This document shows positions 1-10,187 of a stretch of 35,335 nt of DNA, in pieces. Below the pieces are notes generated by a model, which was not told where the DNA came from, did no database searches, and saw only the letters and a list, made by a program, of their open reading frames with translations. Position 1 is the stretch's first letter, and each line of letters begins with the position of its first letter. The DNA lies in assembly GCF_001194135.2 (NCBI RefSeq), contig NC_069003.1:9978409-10013743 (forward strand), written 5' to 3'. This DNA comes from Octopus bimaculoides. Its lineage: Eukaryota. A program made the position numbers and the translations under genes.

Positions 1-747
1 AATTCTGAGGTAACTGAAATTTTCCTCTTACATAGAAAAGGAAGACAAAATCGTAGCGGCAATTGTTAGCAACGCTATGAGACGAAATTGTAATGGAAAG
101 ATTTCATTAGAATTAAAAGATCGGTGAAAGAACCTCATTTTGGTTTCTATCTATCTTATCTAGCTGGATGGATGGATGCACGGACGGATGGCTCGCTCGC
201 TGGTTTGCAAGCAGGTTGGTATTTTTTTAGCTCCTTTTTCTGACTTATTTTGTGTGTATGTGTGTGTGTGTGTGTGTAATATTCACACTTTGTCTAAGCA
301 GACTGTACCTGGTTGGAGAAGTCTAATAAGACTGAAACTTTTCCGTTGCTTCCACTAGTTGTATTTAAAGATCCAATTAAATGTCCATTGTTTATAATGC
401 ACCAAAATTTCCATCAACTGATCTTAGTGGAGTTATCTCCTCTTACCCTTTTAAGAATTTTATACTCTGAACTGCATAACAAAAACCAGAAAATTTTATT
501 CAAGCACCAAACTGACATTGTTGTAGGATTGATATGATCAACTAACCCGTTGAAATTGGTACCCCAGCATGGCCAAAATCCAATGATTATTACCAGTAAA
601 AGAATAATTTGACAGCAGTTGTATCAAAGTATTCTCTTTTATAGATCATTGCATTTTACGTTCTTGGAATTATGACTTGAAGCTAAATCCTAAAATACAA
701 AGTCTTACTTTATCGCTTGTATTTTAATTCGCTTTCAATTTTTGGAT

Positions 748-1030
748 GAGAGCGTGGCTGTGGTTAAGAAACTGGCATTGCAGCCACGTGGTTTCCGGTT
801 CAATCTTACTGCGTGACATCATAGGCAAGTATCTTCTACTATAGCCCGGGGCCGACCAGTGCTTTGTGAGTGAATTTGGTAGACGGAAAAAGTGTGCAAG
901 CCGTCGTGTATGTATGTATGTATGTCTTTTTGTTTGTGTATGTCTTTCACCACCACCGGATAACCAGCATTGGTTTGTTTACGTTCCAGTAACTAGCGGT
1001 TCGGCAACAAGAATTCAATAGACTTAAGAA
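748..1030 (+). mobile_element. tRNA-derived SINE (family with internal (TATG)n/(TG)n tract), 3' end interrupted by another SINE
   Basis: A/B-box-like head (gcgtggctgtggtt...ggttcaatc); the body is shared with copies at 6396-7366, 2211-2480 and minus-strand copies near 30120-30285 and 32630-32800. Confidence 0.75.
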
Positions 1031-1032
1031 TA

Positions 1033-1400
1033 TGTTGTTGGCACTCCGTCGCTTACGACGTCGAGGGTTCCACTTGATCCGATCAAGCCTGCTCGTGAAA
1101 TTAACGTGAGTACTCCACAGACACGTATAACCTTAACGTAGTTATCGGGGGTTTTCAACGTGACACAGTGTGACAAGGCTGACCCTTTGAATTACAGGCA
1201 CAACAGAAACAGGAAGTAAGAGTGAGAGAAAGTTGTGGTGAAAGAGTACAGCAGGGTTCGCCACCATCCCCTGCCGGAGCCTCGTGGAACTTTAGGTGTT
1301 TTCGCTCAATAAACACTCACAACGCCCGGTCTAGGAATCGAAACCGCGATCCTATGACCGCCAGTCCGCTGCCCTAACCACTGGGCCATTGCGCCTCCAC
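1033..1400 (-). mobile_element. tRNA-derived SINE, full length (tRNA-Arg-like head, resembles octopus OR-type SINEs)
   Basis: Reverse complement matches 15525-15910 and 22140-22511 closely; A box TGGCCCAGTGG, B box GTTTCGATTCC, (CAA)n tail. Confidence 0.85.
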
Positions 1401-2240
1401 AACATCACGACATAACATTGTCCAATGTGAAATTTGACGGAATTCGGTTACTGTTTCTTGCAGATCAAATGATTTCGTGGAGACAGAACTTCTAGTCGGA
1501 AATAATTCAAACTGAACAATAGCATAAAACTTGTGAAATTTCGATCAAGTAAAAGCATCCAAGCAATTTGTGAAGAAAAATATCATTTGAGCGTTTTTAA
1601 AAAAAGAAAAATTAAATTTGTAAAGGTAAAGGGAAGTAACTTAAAGCTCGTTTTGTCTTAAGTATTCTAAATTCCGGGGTTAACTCCCCTACTTATTTTA
1701 TTATGAAGTATGTAATTAATCTACTATAGGCACAAGTCCTGAAATCTTAAGGGAGTAGGATAGTCGATTACATTGACCTCAGTGATTGACCGGTACTTTT
1801 TACATCGACCCAAAAAGATGAAAGGCAAAGTCGATCTCGGCAGAATTTGAACTCAGAACGTAAAGACGGACGAAATGCCGTAAAACGTTTTGCCCGGCGT
1901 GCTAACGATTCTGCCAGATCGCCTCACTACGTATAGAATTTTAGTTGTTTAGCTATCCTTGCTTCTTTCTATTAAGTATGAAAATCAGCATCTAGTTTAT
2001 TATATGCTTTTCATGCAGCAGACATCCATACGTACAGATCTACGTACCCTAAATAAATAAAAGAGGGGGTGGGCATAAAAATATATTGACCCCAGCATTG
2101 ATTGCATAAATGTNNNNNNNNNNNNNNNNNNNNNNNNNNNNNNNNNNNNNNNNNNNNNNNNNNNNNNNNNNNNNNNNNNNNNNNNNNNNNNNNNNNNNNN
2201 NNNNNNNNNNAGATGGAAACTGAAAGAAGCCCGTCATACG

Positions 2241-2314
<74 letters not shown>

Positions 2315-4249
2315 CAGAGGTGCGCGCGTACGAGTGTGTGTGCTTGTGTTTGATCTCTCCACTACTTGGCAAAGAGTTTTGGTTTGCCTGTGTCTCCGTA
2401 ACCTGGCAGTTCAACAAATGAGATCTATAGAAAAGTACTGGACATAAAAAAAAAGTCCTGGGGTCGATTTGATCGACTCAGCCCTTCAGAATTTAGGCAC
2501 AAGGCAAGCTATTTTATATTTGACGGATTAAATCGATTGCATCGCCCTCAATGCTCAAACGGTAGTTATTTTATCGACCAGAAAAGGAAGAATGGCAAAG
2601 TGGACCACGTCAGAATTTGATTGAAATCAGAACGTAAAGAAATGCCGTTTAGAATTTTGTTACGAATAACAATAATTCTTCCAAATTTTTTGATACAAGG
2701 CCAGTAATTTCTAATATTTCTGAACATACTGAGCAAGGTTACCACACCCAAGATGGTGCAGAATTCACGTCAAGCAAATCGAGAGAGGTTGCCCGGCCTC
2801 TAAGTAGCCACTCAACCTGCTAGAACTGGCAGTCAAATCGACTTCAATTCACACCCCTTATCGACTTTTAATGAATATGGACAACATCAGATAATGTAAT
2901 CTAAAATGTATTATGTTTGGAAATTGGGCGAGATAGCCTTGGTCGGAAAACCTTTGCAGTTTTGGTCTAATCGATAGGGACAAACTTGGGTCAATAATTA
3001 CATCAGCAACAGCACTATCATCGCCATCGTCGCCATAATCATCATCATCAACAGCAGCAACAACAACAAGCAAACTAGAAGAAGCTAATCTGTAACCCGA
3101 ACCCTAACCCTAAAACCCTAAAGCTAAAACCAGTACAAACGCACGAACGATGTCATAAATAACAGTGACAAACGAAATATATACCGCTGATAGTTGTTGT
3201 TGACAACGGATAGTTTTTGTTGACAAACAACGGCACTAATTTTATTCAAGAGAAAAGATCTCCTGACACTGTTGTTTACATTCCACGGCGTATGTGTTTT
3301 CACCTCAATAGACGTCAATGATTGGTTGGGATCTATTTCAAAACGGGGGCACCAGTTTTCATTTATGTTTTATGTAGTGTTTTTGGTACCGAAAGACTTT
3401 CAAACTTCGTATACTTATCTATTTTGTGTTATAGAACAGAAAAAAAATTTTTGTATTCGAATTTATTTCATGTAAAAAATTGTCTTATTTCGATAATTTC
3501 TACTAATCACTGTCGTCTATTCAGTTGAAAACAGTTAGCGCTGTAACGGTGTATATCGTATTAATCCCCTAACCCTAACCCTGACTAGACTGTTAACCCT
3601 AACCCTAAAACTAACCCTAACTCTAGAATCCGAACTCTAAAATTGTTACACACATAGATACGGGGGCACCAGTATTTTCTTAACGAAACACTAACGAGTA
3701 ATTTTAATCCCTTGAACTTTGACTTGTATTGAAAAAAAAAAACTTAATCACTAAAGTTATGGCACGACAATTCTTGTCGAAATAAATAAAGACATTAATT
3801 AAAAGGAAGAAAGAGAGAAAAATTCGAATTTTAAAAAAAACCGAATTGACAGAATATAGAGCAACCTTTATCTGGAAGCGGATTACATAACACATGGTGG
3901 GTCTTGTTAAATCTCTCCGAACCACTTGAAATTTTTTTAAAGTTACACCAGATTGTTTGTTTTTTTTAGAAAATGCACTACAAGTGCAGTTTTGCATAAG
4001 CCAAGAGAAAGTATATTAAATATCGATTTGTGTTGCCCGGTGTTTCGAAAGTCGTGAGTTCGATCAAAGATTATCTTCGTGACAAAAATGCTTTGTCCTT
4101 TGTGTGTCGGGTGTTTACAATTTTCTAGGGTCGTTAGTTCAGTAAGATTTACATTCGTGGAGACTGACTTTAATTTAAATGTTATTAATAACACTCAACA
4201 AGTGGTAACCATTTAGTCCTGCTTCAAGGGATGATGTAGCACAATGTGG

Positions 4250-4663
4250 TAATCTTCCAGTTTAGGGAGGTAAAAAAAGTAAATAAAAATACAAGGGAAA
4301 TAACTTAACGTTACTAGTATCATCCGTACTACTCTGAAATGTGTTTTTTTTTTTGTTGTTTTGTTTTTTTTAGCTGTTTATAAATAAATCACACACGTGA
4401 TTGAATATCAGTACCGGCTGCACAACTTATGGTAATCTTCCAGTATAGGGAAATAACAGTCAAACTAAAGCGTTTGACCCGAGCTCAAAAATAAAAAAAT
4501 AAATTAGTGTAATAGGTGTAAAACAACTTGCTGCGAACGAATATGAAGAATGCGCGCTCGCGATCGGGTGGGGTGAGGGAGAGTACGGATAATACTAGTA
4601 AGACGTTAAGTTATTTCCCTTGTATTTTTATTTACTTTTTTACCTCTCTAAACTAGAAGATTA
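4250..4663. mobile_element. MITE-like element with ~80-bp terminal inverted repeats
   Basis: 4250-4330 is the near reverse complement of 4582-4663. Confidence 0.6.
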
Positions 4664-5421
4664 ATGCACAATATTTCGTCCTTTGTGCTTTTTTAGACGT
4701 TATGGGAAGTAGTTAAAGGCAATTTGACTGTTATTTTTACTAGGTGGCGAGGACATACGATTTGCCGCCAAATGGAGGCTGCCGTTCGGCTAAAAGATGC
4801 ATAATGTTAAATGTTTGCAGCTTCTTTATCATTAATTTCTAGAAAAAATGAATACAATATTTNNNNNNNNNNNNNNNNNNNNNNNNNNNNNNNNNNNNNN
4901 NNNNNNNNNNNNNNNNNNNNNNNNNNNNNNNNNNNNNNNNNNNNNNNNNNNNNNNNNNNNNNNNNNNNNNNNNNNNNNNNNNNNNNNNNNNNNNNNNNNN
5001 NNNNNNNNNNNNNNNNNNNNNNNNNNNNNNNNNNNNNNNNNNNNNNNNNNNNNNNNNNNNNNNNNNNNNNNNNNNNNNNNNNNNNNNNNNNNNNNNNNNN
5101 NNNNNNNNNNNNNNNNNNNNNNNNNNNNNNNNNNNNNNNNNNNNNNNNNNNNNNNNNNNNNNNNNNNNNNNNNNNNNNNNNNNNNNNNNNNNNNNNNNNN
5201 NNNNNNNNNNNNNNNNNNNNNNNNNNNNNNNNNNNNNNNNNNNNNNNNNNNNNNNNNNNNNNNNNNNNNNNNNNNNNNNNNNNNNNNNNNNNNNNNNNNN
5301 NNNNNNNNNNNNNNGTTGTCGGCTGGCCTTCTACTCCTTATTTCGAGCAATGAACGACAATATAAGACTTTGAAGGCAGTTGCTCCCGCGAACCAAAATA
5401 AAATTCGGGATTTGCGGAGGG

Positions 5422-5518
5422 TCAAAGTTGGTAACAAAAACAGGACATACAACAAACTAAACGAAACGAAGACAGACAGGGAGGGCCGTCAGGCCAAGAC
5501 GAGGCAAGGTAGTTAACG
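5422..5518 (-). CDS. Candidate third (terminal) coding exon of the same gene (NVNYLASSWPDGPPCLSSFRLVCCMSCFCYQL*)
   Basis: Acceptor ttttctttcag after a ~250-nt pyrimidine tract; the phase-2 entry frame is the longest open one and ends at TGA 5424-5422. Confidence 0.3.
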
Positions 5519-5832
5519 CTGAAAGAAAATTTTTTGGCAAGGGAAAAGATAGGAGAGGAGACAGATAAGAATGCATCTTGACTGCGGACAGACTGAAGAA
5601 AAAGAAAGATGACCACGTGAGGAAAGGCAAGATGGACGAAAGTCGCGTGTGAGCAACGAGAGAAAGAGAGAGTAGAAGAGGGAGAGAGAGGGAAACAGAC
5701 AGACAGATAGAAAATGGTGAAGGGGAGAAAAAAGAATTAGAGAAAGGATGAGAGAGAAAATGAAAGAGTGAAAGAGGGAGAGAGAAAAGAGTAAAGGACG
5801 GAGTCGCATCAAATATATTAAGATAAACTTAC

Positions 5833-5908
5833 TTGGAAATGGATGCGTGGCGTTCAATCAAATAATTAGCATACAAAACTACATCAATATACCAAATTTG
5901 AAAATCAA
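5833..5908 (-). CDS. Candidate second coding exon of the same minus-strand gene (VDFQIWYIDVVLYANYLIERHASIS)
   Basis: Acceptor ttttgttccag at 5911-5909, donor GTAAGT at 5832; 76 nt, open in the phase-1 entry frame. Confidence 0.38.
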
Positions 5909-6395
5909 CTGGAACAAAATTCAAGAAATTGAAAAGTAAAAGCCAAACAGAAAATTCCCATAAGTACAATTTTGAAAATAATCTAGTAAAAATTTGAAAG
6001 AAAAATTGAAGTGATTGGAAGAAATTTAACAAGATCCGACATGGCTGATCACCAGGCGGGCCACAAAAAAAAATTCAAGGTAATTTTTCGTTAGGTATGC
6101 CGTTTAGATAGTCTCACGAGCCGCAGTTTGCCCAAAAGTGCTTTAGAGTGTAGAATGAAATTATTTGTGGTATTTATTCTGGCTGGTCGTGCTCTGTGTT
6201 CAAATTCTATCGAGGTCAACTTTGTCCTTCATTCTTTTAGGAAGGTCAATAAATTAAATTGAATTAAATACCACTTCTGAATACTTTGGTGGAATTGTTA
6301 AGTTTACAGGACAAAATGCCTCGCGGTATTTGTTTGGGAGGCTCGTCACGCTCCTACATTTTGAGGTCGTAAACTTAATCTGTAACCATATAGGT

Positions 6396-7366
6396 GCAGG
6401 CGTGGATGTGTGTTTGAGAAGCTTGCACCCACCAACTATGTGGTCTTTGGTTCAGTCCTACTGCGTGTCACTCTAGACAAGTGACTTTTACTACAGCCCC
6501 GGACTGAATAAAACCTTGAGTGGATTCGGTAGCTAGAAACTGAAAAAGTCCATCATATGTATGTATGTATGTATACCATGAAGTCACTTGGAATGGATCC
6601 AAAGGCCATAGAAACTCTTGCTTCGGATCGAGCTGGATGGCGAACAAAAGTTGTGAAAGCTTTTGAGGAGGCCAGGATGACACATGCAAAACTCAAAAGA
6701 GATTTAAAGAATGTTGCGATCGAGGTGAATCTCAGTGACCTTTTTGTGTGCACAGTTTGTGACAGACCATGCCTTTCTTTTGCTGAACTCAAATCTCATT
6801 TGCGAACCCATGAAAAACGAACCTCCACCAGCTACTCTGCCTGTATATCTGTGCACACCTTTCAGTGCCGTGTATGCCAGAAGGCATAACGGAAACCTCA
6901 AAAGACATTTTAAGATCCACAAAGATCAGAACTTAACTGCAGCTCTCTTGGTGGTCCAGATCAGACATGCAGTCTATGTGGGTATCTTTTCAAAACATTG
7001 TCTGGTTTTAAAAGTCATACCAGACGCCATGATGGATTTAAGGTGTACGTACAAGAAGTGGTCAAACTCTGCATAAGGAGAAGACAACCACGATGTATGG
7101 ATGTATGGATGTATGTATGTATGTATGTATGTGAGTGAGTGAGAGAGAGAGTATGTGTGTGTGAGTGTCTTTGTTCTTTACTACTGCCTGACAATCGATG
7201 TTTTTGTCCCTGTAACTTAGCAGCCCAGAAGAGGCCGATACAGTAAGTACCAGGCTTAAACAAAAAAAGATTCTGGAGGTCAATTGGTTAGACTAACAAC
7301 CCATCAAAGCATGCTCCAGCATAGCCACACGCAATCCAGTAACTGAAACAAGTAAAAGCTAAAAGA
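6396..7366 (+). mobile_element. SINE copy split by a LINE fragment inserted in its (TATG)n tract
   Basis: The head (6396-6575) and tail (~7095-7366) together reconstitute the family seen at 748-1030 and 18395-18503. Confidence 0.75.
6575..7095 (+). mobile_element. 5'-truncated RTE-clade LINE 3' end encoding three C2H2 zinc fingers (degraded)
   Basis: ETLASDRAGWRTKVVKAFEEARMTHAKLKRDLK is typical of an RTE ORF C-terminus. It is followed by CTVC..HLRTH, CRVC..(frameshift)..HFKIH and CSLC..HTRRH, and flanked by (ATGT)n. Confidence 0.7.
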
Positions 7367-7392
7367 TAGCCAGGTTTAATTCCACCACCTAC

Positions 7393-7474
7393 CACCTTCT
7401 GAGCATTTTGTAGAATTTACTCTCTTGCAAGCGTTTGGTCCAGATTTCTTGGTTTGAACAGGATGATTTCCCAT
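7393..7474 (-). CDS. Candidate first coding exon of an unrecognised small minus-strand gene (MGNHPVQTKKSGPNACKRVNSTKCSEG)
   Basis: Strong acceptor (ttttttcaag, exon start 7498), ATG at 7474, donor GTAGGT at 7392; ends in phase 1. Confidence 0.33.
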
Positions 7475-8483
7475 CTTCCTCTGTTTAGTCTTGGAAACCT
7501 TGAAAAAAGCAGAAAAAAAAAAGAATTTTTGCCAATGACCTTCCTTTCTTGACTAAACGGCAAGAAAAAAAGAAAAAAAAAGAAACGAGGTGGAAAGTTA
7601 ACCTGATCTTTGGGCAGTACTGTACCAGACAACTCCAGATGTTTCGTTTTTATTAAACCTCGTTAGCGAAGAAGTCTTACTTTGACATTACAATGACTTA
7701 GAAGATAAAGCTTTTTGGACGACCACGTTACCCATTATACTTCAATGCGACCTGCCACTGTTTCATCGCTTCTCTTTATCTCGCTCGCTCCCTCTTTCTC
7801 TCTCCCCCTCTCTCACTCTCTCTCTCTCTCTCTCTTAAGTACTTCGATCCATATTTTTTTTTTTTACTTTTTTTGAGATCAATGCATGTTTTCAAGATCA
7901 ATGCATGTTTTCGAGATCAATGCATGGCTTCGTCAGCGAATCATATACGACGACGGTCGATAATTATCGATGGATAGGTGAGCTGCTACAGGTTACACCA
8001 TCTCAAAGTGTGTGTGCCTGTGACCGGGAACTACATGTGAACTTGTCTTCCCAATGAAACTCCGAACAAGTTGGTCGGAATCAGCTCAACACACCCCGGG
8101 TGGATGCTGTCTTAAGTACAAGTGAGTATGTAATTAGAAGTTCGATATAAATTTAAGCTTCAATAAAAATACAAATTCTAATGAATCTAATCTTCATGAC
8201 GTCAGTTGACATGCGTGAAGGCATACTTACACAATTGTGCTCCATTGATTTTGTTTCTTCATAACTTTCAGAAAAAAATGGATATCTTTTTTAATGAAAT
8301 TTTCAACAAATACTTTCAGGTCATATCGGAATTTGTTGTCAAAAGATTTTTCGGGGTGGTGGTGGTGGTGGTGGAATTTCAGATAATTTACACGAGTTGA
8401 CTTTGTTTCCTCATAACTTCCATTAAAATACGTATTTTCTATTGAAATTTTCAACAAATACTTTTCAGTCGAAGTAAATAAAA

Positions 8484-8816
8484 AAGAGTCCCCCTTCGGT
8501 CATGAATGACTATGAAATTGCACCTAGAAAGTTCCTTTCCGAGGCACAAGCCTGGATAAGGTTGTTTATGGAAGACTAGCAGTCGCCCCTGCATACCAGC
8601 CTCTTTTCTCCATGCCACAGATGTTATCCAAGGGAAAGGCAAAGGGGCCGATACAGCTTGGCACCAGTGACGTCGCTACTAATTTCTACAGGTGAGTGAA
8701 CTGGAACAACGTGAAATAAAGTGTCTTGCTCAAGAAAACAACACACAACCCCTTTCGGGAATCGAACTCACATGATTGTGAGCCCGATACTCTGACCACT
8801 GAGCCATGCACTTTCA
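8484..8816 (-). mobile_element. tRNA-derived SINE of a third family (central cttgagcaagacacttt...cagttcactcagctgtagaaatg domain)
   Basis: Homologous to 21506-21783 (-), 22990-23258 (+), 28118-28452 (-) and a partial copy near 33215-33340. Confidence 0.8.
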
Positions 8817-10013
8817 CCTCAGACGGAGTAGATAACGATTATATCGGAATTTAATTAAACAAAAGTAAAGGGAAAAAATTGGTGAGCATACACACACACA
8901 CACACACAATAGAAGTAGTTTGGATAAATTCCAGCTGTTTCCTCTTGAAGCACATCTGTTTATTTCATTATTGCAATCTAATATGTAGCCTCAGTTGTTG
9001 GTGTTGATCAAAATACATATTAAAATTGAGAATTATGGAAATATCATTTGTAGAATAATTGTATAACAAAACAGGAAATTGGAAATTTTTGGTATTATCT
9101 ATTCACCTATTAGCAAATGAAACACGTGTAATGGTTGAATAAATCATACCAAAAATTCCAATTTCCTGTTTTGTTATATACATACAAAATAAAACTCGAA
9201 ATTCTGAAAAAATTGTGACGTCTGTCAGTAATAATTGAAAGCTACACAATTTAGAAGATATCTGTTGAAAATTTCATTTAAAATCCCATTTTTCTGAAAG
9301 TTATGAGGAAACAAAGTTGACTCATGTAAATTATCCGAAACTCCTCTCCCCGCCTTAAAAAAATGTTCACATGAAATTCCGATATAATCTGAATTTGCAC
9401 AAAAGGTGATTCGAACCCCAACTGCTAGATAACTGATCAGACAATATGAGCGAATCATCGCAGTTTTATGTGATCGATCTATTAAGCAGCTAATCAGCGT
9501 AAAGATGTGGAGTGATGTTATTTTCTAGAATGTTCTTGTACCCAATAAAAGACCGTTTTTGGTGCTTTTAAATTGCAGAATATTGAAGGCAGCTGAGAGA
9601 CTTGCGCCTCCATTCTTGCCACACTGACATTTCCATATTCTCAGACAGACCCATTCCAATATTCACACAATGTCACATAAGCAACTTATACTGACGCGGC
9701 GCGGTTTTTCTCTCTCTCTCTCTCCCAGAAAGTGTTTCAAGGGTTGTAAGTTCGATCAAAGATTACCTCCATGGCACAATGCTTCGTCCTTCTTATCTGG
9801 CGTTTACAATTTTCGAGGGTCGTTAGTTCTGTAAGATTAACATTCGTGGAGACTGACTTTAATTTAAATGTTATTACTAACACTCAACAAGTGTCGCAAT
9901 TAACATTGCTAAATGTAAGTAGCCATCACTAAATATCCTTATGTCCGGTAATAAATATTCCAGCTAAACATTCGCGGGTTTTGCTTCAGTTATTATTCAC
10001 GCAACCAACAATG

Positions 10014-10187
10014 CAAGCCCGTCGCCAGACTTAGGTGCTTGGGGGTGTTTCAGACTATTCTGGGTAGGCGCTAATTTGTAACAATGCTAAAGTGGAGTTT
10101 CGAAGTGTGTCCCTGTGAATCCGAGGGTGCACCATTGAATAGTGAGGTGGAAGCGCCGTCCAGTGCAACCCATTAGCGACGGGCATG
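10014..10187. mobile_element. hAT-like MITE
   Basis: TIRs caagcccgtcgc / gcgacgggcatg; flanks caacaatg / caatagtg are a 6/8 match, consistent with a decayed 8-bp TSD. Confidence 0.5.

Noticed and set aside
447-471. Possible 25-nt minus-strand micro-exon (tgcag acceptor, GTAAGA donor)
   Set aside because: Signals are good but it is too short to support, has no recognisable product and cannot be linked confidently to the candidate gene.
313-537. 74-aa plus-strand ORF
   Set aside because: No ATG start, no recognisable homology, and composition typical of AT-rich non-coding DNA.
1033-1400. tRNA gene call for SINE heads (also 15525, 22140, 24300-24390)
   Set aside because: The cloverleaf is incomplete and each head continues into a repeated SINE body.
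2743-2816. 74-nt minus-strand open segment between AG and GT
   Set aside because: No pyrimidine tract, phase does not fit the candidate exons, and it resembles repeat-derived sequence.
5610-5650. CTGAAGA...GACGAAAGTC as another hammerhead
   Set aside because: No stem II pairing is possible in this purine-rich tract.
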